From: an uncultured virus (IMG/VR IMGVR_UViG_3300035698_030196)
Lineage: Duplodnaviria; Heunggongvirae; Uroviricota; Caudoviricetes
Direction: 5' to 3' (one strand)
Virus record (IMG/VR): IMGVR_UViG_3300035698_030196
DNA length: 64,000 bases
This document shows, one piece after another, positions 19,952-29,666 of the stretch (its first letter is position 1; each line of letters begins with the position of its first letter). The notes under the pieces are model-generated. The model was not told the origin of the DNA, searched no databases, and saw only the letters and a program-made list of their open reading frames with translations. Both the position numbers and the translations under genes were made by a program.

Positions 19952-20993
19952 ATAACCAATTATCTGAGATATATTCTATTTCTTCGAAATCACAATCAAC
20001 TGTATAACCAGTTAACCATTTTATTACTCTTAAATCAGACGATGTTATTCCTTGTTTGATCTTAATTATTTTACCTGAAATATTTTTACAATCATCATTA
20101 GCAAATTTACAAATACCTTTTCGGTGTAGCATACAAACGTGTTTCTCCTTATGTATAATTTTATGTTCAAATGGTATATTAACATATTCAATATCTAATG
20201 AATCTTGTTCCTTCTTATATTCTAAGCATTTATCCTTCATTGGACACTTTGAACAACGCATTTCATTCGGTCTATAATAATGTGCGTTATAATCCCTATC
20301 TAGATTATGTGAATAACTAATTAAGCATGATGTTTTTCTAAAAGTGGGAACATTATATTTCTCACCTAAGTTATAAAATAAGTCTTCAACTTCTTGTGAT
20401 AAAGATTTCTTCAAACCCAATTCATACCCATCATATGCTTCAAAATTAATATTATTTTCTATGAAGTGTTGTTTCAACTCATCATTAACTTGTAACCCAC
20501 AAAATCCAATTGGTGCATTATATTTATTCGCCATCTTATAGATATTTTCAACTACCTCTGGTGAATCATTTATATCTTTAATAACTGGTCTATATTCAAT
20601 TGAGTATTTATACTTTGTTTTTGAAATTAATTTTAAATTGTTTTCAAAGTTTTTCAAATTACCACCATCATATTTAGAATTTATACCAAAAGTGGAAAAG
20701 GCAAAATGTAAGTCTAAATCAAATTCCATATCTGGAAATTTAGAAAAACTACCTTTTGTTATTATAACAACTGGGCCTCTGTGTTTTACTTCTTCTAACC
20801 TTTTTAAATAAGAAATTGTGCTATCTATTTGTAACATTGGGTCACCATAGAATAAATTTACTGCTACTGGTAAATCTATAAATAGTGGGTTTATTTCAGA
20901 TGGTAGTTTATCAAATACAATTTTCTTTTTTGATTCACCCATTAATCTACAATAAGAACAATTTAAACATTTCTCTAAAGAGTTTCCCAGCAT
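19950..20993 (-). CDS. Radical-SAM-like Fe-S protein with atypical CxxCxxC motif
   Basis: CLNCSYC near N-terminus, GDP, IITK, RPVI..IND; additional Cys clusters at the C-terminus. Confidence 0.6.
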   Translation of the reverse strand: MLGNSLEKCLNCSYCRLMGESKKKIVFDKLPSEINPLFIDLPVAVNLFYGDPMLQIDSTISYLKRLEEVKHRGPVVIITKGSFSKFPDMEFDLDLHFAFSTFGINSKYDGGNLKNFENNLKLISKTKYKYSIEYRPVIKDINDSPEVVENIYKMANKYNAPIGFCGLQVNDELKQHFIENNINFEAYDGYELGLKKSLSQEVEDLFYNLGEKYNVPTFRKTSCLISYSHNLDRDYNAHYYRPNEMRCSKCPMKDKCLEYKKEQDSLDIEYVNIPFEHKIIHKEKHVCMLHRKGICKFANDDCKNISGKIIKIKQGITSSDLRVIKWLTGYTVDCDFEEIEYISDNWL

Positions 20994-21140
20994 ATAAAAT
21001 GATTTAATAAAGCAAGACCCTGTGTATAATTTTTTTCACTCATAATAATTTAATTTAATTTAACAATTAAGTTATATCTTTTCTTCATAGTTTGTTGTGT
21101 TATTTATATTTTTTAATTATATTTGTCTAATATATAATTA

Positions 21141-21485
21141 ATGAAGTATGAGGTTAATAGAATTTATCACAAATATATAATTAAGTTAGTTATCTTTTCT
21201 ATATTTCTATATAAGAAACAAATAAGACAACCAAACCTTTATAAATTATCAGTAATTTCTTATATCAACAAAAGAGTACCATGGAAAATAAATCTAAAAA
21301 TAGATACTGGTATTTTATTAGATAAAGAAGATGAACGAGATGTAATTTTAGAAAATATTTTAAATGATGTTGAATCTGATTACTTATCAATAGTTAATGC
21401 AACATTTGTTACTCCAATAAAAGCAATGAATATAAGGATAGATATAAACGATGAAGATAGATATGAAGAATATATCTATAATTAA
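21141..21485 (+). CDS. Hypothetical protein
   Basis: 114-aa ORF; TATATTTG and TAATATATA upstream. Confidence 0.5.
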   Translation: MKYEVNRIYHKYIIKLVIFSIFLYKKQIRQPNLYKLSVISYINKRVPWKINLKIDTGILLDKEDERDVILENILNDVESDYLSIVNATFVTPIKAMNIRIDINDEDRYEEYIYN

Positions 21486-21541
21486 TGAAAATAAATGTGG
21501 TTTTATTTTTATTCTTTGCCAAATTTCCGTATATTTGTTAA

Positions 21542-22000
21542 ATGAAATATTTAAGAGAAGATAATAATGGTTTCGTTAATTTCCCATTAATGGATAATAA
21601 TTTTGACCATTCACATGGTAAAACATTAGTTTATATCGTGGCGTTTGATATTGACTCTAATTATATTTTATCAAATACAACTTTGGGTATATCCGGTGAA
21701 TATTTAACTGATGATATATCTGGGAGATCTGTAAATCTATACACAAGTGAAGAAGTCGATAATGGGTATTTTCGTAAAATAACCAGAATAGATGGTGTTG
21801 ATAAAATGGTTTCTATTCCTTTAATAAGTTCTTTGTGTATAGGGTGGCATGAAAATTCATTCGTATATAAAGGTGATGCAAGTTTGTGGTTTGCCACGTT
21901 CAGAGAATTGAGTAATGAAGGTAGAAAACTTTATTATTCGATGAAGAAATTACACAACAATAAAGAAGTTAGAATTTTAACATTTAATTTTGTTAAATAG
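21542..22000 (+). CDS. Hypothetical protein
   Basis: 152-aa ORF; TATATTTG at 21530-21537. Confidence 0.65.
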   Translation: MKYLREDNNGFVNFPLMDNNFDHSHGKTLVYIVAFDIDSNYILSNTTLGISGEYLTDDISGRSVNLYTSEEVDNGYFRKITRIDGVDKMVSIPLISSLCIGWHENSFVYKGDASLWFATFRELSNEGRKLYYSMKKLHNNKEVRILTFNFVK

Positions 22001-22058
22001 CTAAACAATTAAGAAAAATTTACTATATTTGTTAAATAAATAAAATTATAAAATAATT

Positions 22059-23891
22059 ATGCCCGACACAAGAAAAACTGTTGATATTTTAATATCAGAT
22101 GAACTAAAAGAAGTTTTATTAGTAATTGAACCTGCATCATTAGTAGCAAATCTGTTACTTAAAAAAAGGCATTATAGTGAAAATCTAAAAGATAGTCCTA
22201 TAAATTATCTTTCTATCGCAAAGGATAGAAGTAAATTAACATATTTGACTGAAGATAGAATTGACCCAGATGCTAGTGTTGATGAAATGTGGGGAAATGG
22301 TAAAAAATACCAATCAAAACCAGGTGGGATTGTCGCAAAATTATTTAAAGATGTGCCACCAAAAGAAGTTGAATTGTTTTCTAATCTTTTTAGAGCAGAA
22401 TCCGTAAAACCGCGCTTTAACTTAAAAGTTGTTAGTGGTGCCGAAATCCCAAAATATTACCTATATGAAACTTATGCAAGTGAGTCTGGTTCTTTGGGAA
22501 TTTCTTGTATGAAACATAGAGGATGTCAACCATTCTTCAATATTTATAAAGATAATACCGATAATACATCTATGTTGATAATGTTAGATGATGATGGTTA
22601 TCTAATTGGTCGTGCCCTATTGTGGGAATTTGATACTTATAAAATCATGGATAGAATTTACACTATAAATGATGAGAAGTATCCTTTACATTTCAAAAAA
22701 TGGGCAACTGAAAATGATTATTTGTACAAGACTGAACAGAATTGGTTTAATTCATTATTTTTCGAAAATTTAAAAACTAAAAAGACTGAATTAAAAATCT
22801 GTTTAACTTTCACAAACTATAGATATGATTATTACCCATACTTTGACACATTCAAATTTTTAGATATTGATAATTATAAATTTTATAATTATATACCAGA
22901 GGGTAAAAATATTAGAATTCTTTGTACTACAAATGGTAGTTCATATGATTCTGACCACCTATGTTTTGATGATATAGATGAAGTCTATAGATATAGGGGA
23001 GAGACTATTAATATAAATTATCGTAATATTAGAACAACTGAAAGAAATGCGTATTATTCAAGTGTTAATGAAACATATATTCTTAAAGAAGATGCTATTC
23101 TTGATGAAACATTAAGAGAATATATTTTCAATGAAGAAAATGATGATAAGAATAATCATGAAAATATCAAGAGATGTAAGAAAGATATTGAGAAGTATAA
23201 TGAGTTTAAAGAAAAGAAAAAATGTGTGAGTTGGGGTGATGAAGACTTCTCACCAGATGTAGAAACTTTCACTCGTACAATTAGCGGGTTAAGAAGTGGA
23301 AGACGAGTACGTCCAGGTGTTAGAGTATCAGATGAATCTGAGATCTACATAGATCCATATGCTGATGTTGATGAGAACCCTTGTTGTGAAGAAGTTCTTC
23401 AAAGTGGTCCAGCTTCTGTTGGAGGAACAATGTCAAGTGTTGATGAAATATCAAGGTTTTTACACGCAGACTTCTTTAATTTGGATGATGATAATTACCG
23501 TTATGGTGTCGCCAACAATGTAGTAGAAGAAAGACCTGCGGTAGTAGAAGACAGAACAGAAGAAGTTATAAGAGCTCTAGAGGAACAAATTAATACTGAG
23601 AATATGACTGAAACAACTGAAGCAGTAGAAGAAAGACCTGCGGTAGTAGAAGACAGAACAGAAGAAGTTATAAGAGCTCTAGAGGAACAAATTAATACTG
23701 AGAATATGACTGAAACAACTGAAGCAGAAAGACCGGTAGAAGAAGAAGGTTGTTCAGTAGAAACTCTTTTTGATAGAGCAATAAGTAACCGTGGTAGACA
23801 AGGATATTATAGTTATTTGAACCAAATAATGCGCTATTATAATATAGATACTGATAGTGAAGTAGGAGGAGAACCCGCGGAGGATTCTTAA
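22059..23891 (+). CDS. Phage protein with SCM/GRA/DRIY/YPYxD domain (paralog of 60206..61465) and acidic repeat tail
   Basis: SCMKH, IGRALLW, MDRIYT, YYPYFDT; TATATTTG at 22024-22031. Confidence 0.75.
   Translation: MPDTRKTVDILISDELKEVLLVIEPASLVANLLLKKRHYSENLKDSPINYLSIAKDRSKLTYLTEDRIDPDASVDEMWGNGKKYQSKPGGIVAKLFKDVPPKEVELFSNLFRAESVKPRFNLKVVSGAEIPKYYLYETYASESGSLGISCMKHRGCQPFFNIYKDNTDNTSMLIMLDDDGYLIGRALLWEFDTYKIMDRIYTINDEKYPLHFKKWATENDYLYKTEQNWFNSLFFENLKTKKTELKICLTFTNYRYDYYPYFDTFKFLDIDNYKFYNYIPEGKNIRILCTTNGSSYDSDHLCFDDIDEVYRYRGETININYRNIRTTERNAYYSSVNETYILKEDAILDETLREYIFNEENDDKNNHENIKRCKKDIEKYNEFKEKKKCVSWGDEDFSPDVETFTRTISGLRSGRRVRPGVRVSDESEIYIDPYADVDENPCCEEVLQSGPASVGGTMSSVDEISRFLHADFFNLDDDNYRYGVANNVVEERPAVVEDRTEEVIRALEEQINTENMTETTEAVEERPAVVEDRTEEVIRALEEQINTENMTETTEAERPVEEEGCSVETLFDRAISNRGRQGYYSYLNQIMRYYNIDTDSEVGGEPAEDS
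23522..23725 (+). repeat. Perfect 102-bp tandem duplication, in frame (34 aa x 2)
   Basis: VEERPAVVEDRTEEVIRALEEQINTENMTETTEA twice, nucleotide-identical by eye. Confidence 0.9.
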
Positions 23892-23904
23892 ATAAGAATA
23901 TTTT

Positions 23905-23937
23905 AAAAAAAGTCACAATTAAATATTGTGACTTTTT
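23905..23937. terminator. Bidirectional intrinsic terminator
   Basis: AAAAAGTCACAAT...ATTGTGACTTTTT between convergent genes. Confidence 0.75.
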
Positions 23938-24661
23938 AATTTAAAAATTCTTTAAGTTGTTCTCTCATATCAACTGCTTTAAACATCTTAGCTTCATCAT
24001 CAGGTGGGAAATGTACCAAATATGCACCACCTATTTTAAATCCCCATTCTTCTAAAATTAAAGAATATAATGATAGTTGTATAGAATATTGTGATAGGTG
24101 ACTTTTATAGAAATCATTAAAAGGTGCTAACAATCTTTCTTTATATCTAACAGTATCATCTGTTGTAAATGCTTTATTTGTTTTCCAATCTAATATAAAG
24201 ATGTCACCCCTGTATATAAATAATGCATCAATCATACCCGCTATCTTCCATTTTTTCGAAAATATTCGGACTTCAAATTTCAATGGTTCTAATTTATGAA
24301 GATGTTTCGCATAAACAACATTAAATTTGTTTATGCGATCAATAACTTCTAAATTAGTTGGTAGTGGTTTCCAATTCTGATTAAAATGGTCTTCTATCCA
24401 CTCGTGTGTTTCATTACCAATTTCATTTGCGTGATCCGCCAATTCCTTCCAATCATTTAGAATCCACTCTTGTGGAACACCGGCTTCTTCAGCTTTTCTT
24501 TTTGACCAATAGCTTTCATCAAACTCTTTATAAAATTGTTTTATAAATGTGGTTACTGAAATAAATGCATCACCATCATATGTATATTTATGCACAGAAG
24601 GTTCAAATTTGAAACCATCATCATTGAAACATTCCAATTTCTCCAATAAATATTTCTTCAT
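23936..24661 (-). CDS. PD-(D/E)XK exonuclease-like protein
   Basis: H.Y..SVTT, G..H, FE.RI, IAGMID, ILDWKT, Y.IQLSLY. Confidence 0.8.
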   Translation of the reverse strand: MKKYLLEKLECFNDDGFKFEPSVHKYTYDGDAFISVTTFIKQFYKEFDESYWSKRKAEEAGVPQEWILNDWKELADHANEIGNETHEWIEDHFNQNWKPLPTNLEVIDRINKFNVVYAKHLHKLEPLKFEVRIFSKKWKIAGMIDALFIYRGDIFILDWKTNKAFTTDDTVRYKERLLAPFNDFYKSHLSQYSIQLSLYSLILEEWGFKIGGAYLVHFPPDDEAKMFKAVDMREQLKEFLN

Positions 24662-24663
24662 AT

Positions 24664-25110
24664 TTATTCTACATATAATTCTTTTTCTTTAAGTAATTCT
24701 AAAATAGAATCAGTTGCTTCAAATTCTGGTTTGTTAAATATTATTTCCATTTTACCAATGGCAACATCAACACCATTTTCAATAGACCAAGCGTTAATTA
24801 AAACTGCTAATTCATCATAAGTTTTTTCGTTTAACTCATCACCCATTCGTTTCATATTGTTTTTGAAATCACTATCCATTCCTAATACTTGTTCTTGTAA
24901 TTCTTGAAATCTATCACTCTTCTCCTGTTGTGTTTGTCTATCAGGTATTAACCCAGATTCTGCAAATTTAACAATCTCATTTATTTCTGTTTTAAATGGT
25001 TCTAGTTTCTCTAAAAATTCCTTTTTGTAGTCTGTGATTTTATCAGAACCATCTCTATAATTCTTATAGTGTAATGTTAAAATCTGGAAATCAATAATTC
25101 TTAATATCAT
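24664..25110 (-). CDS. Skp/OmpH-like chaperone lacking a signal peptide
   Basis: IIDFQIL start, long Q/E/K coiled coil, I..WS.ENG.D, C-terminal ATDSIL. Confidence 0.6.
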   Translation of the reverse strand: MILRIIDFQILTLHYKNYRDGSDKITDYKKEFLEKLEPFKTEINEIVKFAESGLIPDRQTQQEKSDRFQELQEQVLGMDSDFKNNMKRMGDELNEKTYDELAVLINAWSIENGVDVAIGKMEIIFNKPEFEATDSILELLKEKELYVE

Positions 25111-25151
25111 AATATATATTTTTCTTTTTATATTATTAAATATTAAAATGT

Positions 25152-25700
25152 TTAAGATAAAAGATACTCAATTGCTAATTCATACCTAGTTAATAAATTT
25201 CTCTCTTCACTTAAAGATAAATCCTCTACATCTATTATGATAGGTGCCAACTCTGTCTCTTTTTTGACTTCTAGATATGTTTTTAATTCACCAACTAATC
25301 TAGCATATTCTTGGTTCTTGACATAGAATTCATAATCTGCACTTGTTACCTCTTTCTCCACTATTTGTCCTAATAAAATATTATCATCTGTGTAAATATT
25401 AAATGATAATTGATAAACACTATTCCTTTTATATAAATTGTATAAACTTATTGAAAAATTAGATTTTGTTTGTTGGCAAATTTCATTCCACGACCATTCT
25501 TTGAAAGAAGAAACATCTGGTGCTTTTGAAATATCTATATAATAATTTGTAAACAATGCTACTTCAAGATATGAATAGTCACCCTTACTAATTAAATCAT
25601 TAATATAATTAAAGTATTCAAGTTCATTATCACGACCTTTCAATGCTAATTTATTTATCTTCTTGTATATTTTATCTATCTTTTTCCTATATTGATTCAT
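25152..25700 (-). CDS. Hypothetical protein
   Basis: 182-aa ORF in a minus-strand gene run. Confidence 0.65.
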   Translation of the reverse strand: MNQYRKKIDKIYKKINKLALKGRDNELEYFNYINDLISKGDYSYLEVALFTNYYIDISKAPDVSSFKEWSWNEICQQTKSNFSISLYNLYKRNSVYQLSFNIYTDDNILLGQIVEKEVTSADYEFYVKNQEYARLVGELKTYLEVKKETELAPIIIDVEDLSLSEERNLLTRYELAIEYLLS

Positions 25701-25712
25701 AACAAAATAATT

Positions 25713-26864
25713 TTATTCTCCATTTATTATAGTTTCAATCTCTGTTAGTTTATCTTTATTTGCTTCATCTTGTAAAAATTCTGCATATTTAGAAACCTTT
25801 GTCATTTTCTCAGGGTCATCTTTTATTTTACCCAATGCTTCTGCCGCCTTAGCCTTTTCATCAGATTCATCACCACTTGCAGGTCCTATAATATCACTAT
25901 AAGCTTTTTTGATATTTGGTTGCCCATCTTTATCCAAGAATACAACACTATCTTCTTTATCTTGGTCGTTCAAACTTTCTATTTTTTTAACACCAACTAT
26001 TTTACTTGCAGGTTCTTCACCAGTATTCTTCTTCTCATCATCACTAAAACCATCCCACATTTTTTGATCGAAATCTTTTAATTTATAAATAACTGGAACT
26101 TTTTTATCAAAATACTCTTTTAATTTCTCATATGTCATTGCCTCAACACCATCTTCTTCTCCACCACCTTCGGGTGCTTCCATGTTTTTAGATTTTAAGT
26201 AATTTTCAACCTCATCTGGATTTATTTCAGATGCATATTTATCTAATCTAACTAAAAGAGTTTTATTTACCCAGTTAATAACTGACTCTTTCCTCTTCTT
26301 ACTATCTTCACCTGCATCTTGTAAAACTTTTTTAAATTCTGGTAGGTGAGAAGAATCAGTTAAATCCATTTTCTTAGCATTTGGGTCTACTTTAGCATCT
26401 GGGTCTCCAATTTTTAAATCAGGTCCTCCCGCATATTTATAATCCTTAATAGCCCTATTTCTTATTTTCTCAATACTGTATTTAACTATTTCTAAAGTTG
26501 CAGTATCTTTACCAAATGCTTTCAGTAAATTATCATACATTGGTTGTAATCCTTCTTTCCCCAATGCACCAGTTTCTGGATCTAAAATACTATCAATTAA
26601 TTTTAAACAATCTTCATTATTAGGCTCTGCTTCCTTGCTGAAATTTTCCATTATTGTTTTAAAAAGATAGAATTTACTTGAAGGATTAAATGGATTATCA
26701 TCAACCCATTCACTAACTTTATCAATTGCTGGATCATCTCCTAATTTTTTTAATTCACCAATTGCTTTAGACCACATATTTTTAAAATAATCTATTATCC
26801 CACCAAATAATTCTTCATTTACTTGATTTTCCTTAAAATTATCATAATTTCTAATATATTTCAT
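25713..26864 (-). CDS. Leader-bearing hypothetical protein
   Basis: MKYIRNYDNFKENQVNEE; TTAATATATA upstream. Confidence 0.75.
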   Translation of the reverse strand: MKYIRNYDNFKENQVNEELFGGIIDYFKNMWSKAIGELKKLGDDPAIDKVSEWVDDNPFNPSSKFYLFKTIMENFSKEAEPNNEDCLKLIDSILDPETGALGKEGLQPMYDNLLKAFGKDTATLEIVKYSIEKIRNRAIKDYKYAGGPDLKIGDPDAKVDPNAKKMDLTDSSHLPEFKKVLQDAGEDSKKRKESVINWVNKTLLVRLDKYASEINPDEVENYLKSKNMEAPEGGGEEDGVEAMTYEKLKEYFDKKVPVIYKLKDFDQKMWDGFSDDEKKNTGEEPASKIVGVKKIESLNDQDKEDSVVFLDKDGQPNIKKAYSDIIGPASGDESDEKAKAAEALGKIKDDPEKMTKVSKYAEFLQDEANKDKLTEIETIINGE

Positions 26865-26932
26865 ATTAATTTAATTATTTTTATAAACTATATATTAAAA
26901 CCAGAATATATAAAAATAAAGGTTAAATACAC

Positions 26933-27397
26933 ATGATTAGAGGATTTAAGGAAGTAGATAAAGAATTTAAAAAAAATGATGGAGAAACTAAATTACCACT
27001 AAGAGGTAGTAGTAGATCTGCTGGTTATGATTTTTATTCTAAAGAAACTGTTGTTATACAACCTGGTGAATGGTATTTATTTTGGTCAGACATCAAATCG
27101 TATATGTTAGATGGTGAATCATTAGAGATACATATCAGATCATCAATTGGGATAAAAGAAGACTTAATATTAAAGAATTCAGTCAGTATAATTGACCAAG
27201 ATTATTATTCAAATCCGGATAATGATGGTAATATTAGTATGGTGTTATTTAATATTAGTAAAGAGCCTAGAACAATAGAAGCAGGTGATAGAATAGCACA
27301 AGGTGTTTTTAGAAAATTTCTAGAAGCAGACGATTTTAATAGCAATGTTGAATTTAAGGAAAGAACTGGTGGAATCGGTTCAACCGGTAAAAAATAG
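26933..27397 (+). CDS. dut: Trimeric dUTPase
   Basis: SAGYDF, RSSIG, IIDQDYY, GDRIAQG, RTGGIGSTG. Confidence 0.95.
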   Translation: MIRGFKEVDKEFKKNDGETKLPLRGSSRSAGYDFYSKETVVIQPGEWYLFWSDIKSYMLDGESLEIHIRSSIGIKEDLILKNSVSIIDQDYYSNPDNDGNISMVLFNISKEPRTIEAGDRIAQGVFRKFLEADDFNSNVEFKERTGGIGSTGKK

Positions 27398-27400
27398 ATT

Positions 27401-27730
27401 ATGAGTAAAATTAATTGGGTAAAGGCATGGGATGCCGTTTATAATGGTGAGAAATTACCAAGAAAAGTTAAAAAGTCAATATTTGGTAAAAGACTTTCTA
27501 AGAAAGATATAAGGCATTTGATTGATAATATAACATTCAATGAAGATGGTGAATTAACTAGCAGAGAATTTTGTCCTAATTGTGGTTGTGATTTTATCAG
27601 AGGCACAGGGAATATGGCATATTATCCAGAACACTGGGAAAACTTTTATTGTTTGTGTTGTAATAAGTTAGTGGGTAGTATAGATAATAGTAATTTTGAA
27701 CACGTATTAGGAGAATATTTTAATGATTAG
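27401..27730 (+). CDS. Zn-ribbon hypothetical protein
   Basis: CPNCGC ... CLCC. Confidence 0.6.
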   Translation: MSKINWVKAWDAVYNGEKLPRKVKKSIFGKRLSKKDIRHLIDNITFNEDGELTSREFCPNCGCDFIRGTGNMAYYPEHWENFYCLCCNKLVGSIDNSNFEHVLGEYFND

Positions 27731-28013
27731 TAGTAATAGAAAGTATCTGAGAGAATTAAAAACATTTAGAAATAGAATAAATGATGATGACTTATTTTGG
27801 TTTGATTCGTTAAACCAAAATAATAAATTAGACTTATTGTTTAAATGGAAATCTTATTCTGATTTAGTATTTTGGAAAAGAAAATATGTTTATCCTAACA
27901 ATCCTAATCAAGGGATAGGTGAAAAGCAAATCAAAGGTATACTTAAATTAAAGTATTTTATCAGGGCAGAAAGACTAAGAACTAAATTACAAGTGATTTA
28001 TATAAATAAATAA
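27723..28013 (+). CDS. Hypothetical protein
   Basis: 96-aa ORF overlapping the upstream stop. Confidence 0.55.
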   Translation: MISSNRKYLRELKTFRNRINDDDLFWFDSLNQNNKLDLLFKWKSYSDLVFWKRKYVYPNNPNQGIGEKQIKGILKLKYFIRAERLRTKLQVIYINK

Positions 28014-28015
28014 TA

Positions 28016-28396
28016 ATGATATACACATCAACCACAAATTTCCAAGGAGAAAATATACACACTGTTAGTATTGATAAATTTTCAAAGATATTGGATGTTT
28101 ATATAATAGGTAGTATCTTATATGTATTATATTCAGTAGATGATGATTTAATATTAGATGCTAATAAAAATATATTTATAGAAATTAGAGACCCACAAAA
28201 TATGGTTTATACTGAATGTGATTATAGATATTTTAAATCTTTTCAAACATCAGAATTAATTAATAGTGGCTATAATAATAGTATATCATTTGAGATATTG
28301 AATTCTACACATTTAATATTCATCGATGAAAATATGCAAGTAGATGAGGTTAGGGATAAAAATTTAAATGAGGTATTAGATAAAGATGATGATTAA
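28016..28396 (+). CDS. Hypothetical protein with C-terminal RDxKL-type motif
   Basis: EVRDKNLNEVL near the C-terminus. Confidence 0.6.
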   Translation: MIYTSTTNFQGENIHTVSIDKFSKILDVYIIGSILYVLYSVDDDLILDANKNIFIEIRDPQNMVYTECDYRYFKSFQTSELINSGYNNSISFEILNSTHLIFIDENMQVDEVRDKNLNEVLDKDDD

Positions 28397-28673
28397 CTGG
28401 CACATAATAGATTCTATTAAAAATGGAACTATAAAATATAGAGCTGGTGATGAAGTTCAAGTATTCCGTAGAAAAAAGAATGGCTATCCTAAAGGTTTAG
28501 AAGATGATGTAACATATTATGTTTTAGAAGATAATGGAGACACAGTAACAATATCTAAGAACAGGGCAGAACATTTAAAAAAATTCGCAACTTCCTTTAA
28601 AAGAATTCACAAAACTTTCCTTATTAATAAAGCGGCTTTGAGAGACATTAAAATAAAACTTATATTGAAATAA
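28386..28673 (+). CDS. Hypothetical protein with C-terminal RDxKIxxI motif
   Basis: ALRDIKIKLILK. Confidence 0.6.
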   Translation: MMINWHIIDSIKNGTIKYRAGDEVQVFRRKKNGYPKGLEDDVTYYVLEDNGDTVTISKNRAEHLKKFATSFKRIHKTFLINKAALRDIKIKLILK

Positions 28674-28674
28674 A

Positions 28675-28881
28675 TTATTTTCTTTTTTTAGAATCAACTA
28701 TAAATTCTTCTTTTGAATAACTTATATTATTTAATTCATGTTCTATGAATAATCTAATTCTTTTCGACATATCGAATCCGTTTTTTTCACACAGAGACTT
28801 ATACTTGTTTAATAAACTATATTCAAGTCTTATTGTTAAACTACCTTTTTTTGGGTTGTTTCCCATCGTATCTTTTCCCAT
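28675..28881 (-). CDS. Ribbon-helix-helix-like DNA-binding protein
   Basis: LTIRL strand then ..KYKSLCEKNG.DMSKRIRLFI; overlaps the end of the GIY-YIG gene. Confidence 0.55.
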   Translation of the reverse strand: MGKDTMGNNPKKGSLTIRLEYSLLNKYKSLCEKNGFDMSKRIRLFIEHELNNISYSKEEFIVDSKKRK

Positions 28882-29587
28882 CTTTAAACCTTTTTGATTT
28901 TCTTATTCCAGAATCATGGAGTATTCTACTTATTGTCTGGATTGTATGATTTTCTTCTTTAGAAATTTTTTTAATTGTGCTTCCATTTTTAAATTTTGAT
29001 ATTACTCTATTTATTATCACATCATCTAATTTTATGGAGTTTGTTATAGATGCCCTATATTTATCGATTTCAATATTTTCAGATTTTAAAAACCGAGTTA
29101 ATCTTTGTCTTGAAATTTTATACTTTTTATTTAAAGCTCTTATTCCTAACTTATTTACTAAATAATCATTTTTAATTTCATTTGATAAATTACTATCTAT
29201 AACAATATACTTATTCGGATCATGACCATTTGATTTTAATTTTTTCCTTATTATTTCTACTTGATATTCTTTATCAAAATTTTCACGCTTTGAGAATTCT
29301 TCCTTATCACCACACACCATATTATATCCAAATTTGTGACAAGTGGAATTATATTTCTTAATGTATTCAATTTCCTTTTTACTTAACTCCTCATTAGTTT
29401 TACATTCATATAATATTTCCCATTTAATATTATCAAATCCATATTTCCTAATAGATTTATACACAATTATATGCTTGTCATGATTTCTTTCACTATTCCA
29501 TTTATGTTGATATTTCCTATTTTTAAAATTCTTTGTTTTCCCTATATAAACTTTACCATTTGGGAATTCAGCTTTATAAATTACCAT
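28841..29587 (-). CDS. GIY-YIG homing endonuclease with C-terminal HTH repeats
   Basis: VIY..NGKVYIGKT..R..QH, IRKYG, E..YI..YNS..GYN. Confidence 0.85.
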   Translation of the reverse strand: MVIYKAEFPNGKVYIGKTKNFKNRKYQHKWNSERNHDKHIIVYKSIRKYGFDNIKWEILYECKTNEELSKKEIEYIKKYNSTCHKFGYNMVCGDKEEFSKRENFDKEYQVEIIRKKLKSNGHDPNKYIVIDSNLSNEIKNDYLVNKLGIRALNKKYKISRQRLTRFLKSENIEIDKYRASITNSIKLDDVIINRVISKFKNGSTIKKISKEENHTIQTISRILHDSGIRKSKRFKDGKRYDGKQPKKR

Positions 29588-29666
29588 ACATTTTATTACT
29601 TTTTATTACAATATATATTAAAACAAAAAAATCTTTTTTTATATAACTTAAAAAATAACTTTATAG

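Noticed and set aside
23522..23725. Direct repeats as a possible CRISPR array
   Set aside because: Two contiguous 102-bp units without spacers, in frame within a CDS
23936..24661. Cas4 / CRISPR adaptation gene
   Set aside because: PD-(D/E)XK motifs are present but the four-Cys Fe-S ligands and any cas context are absent
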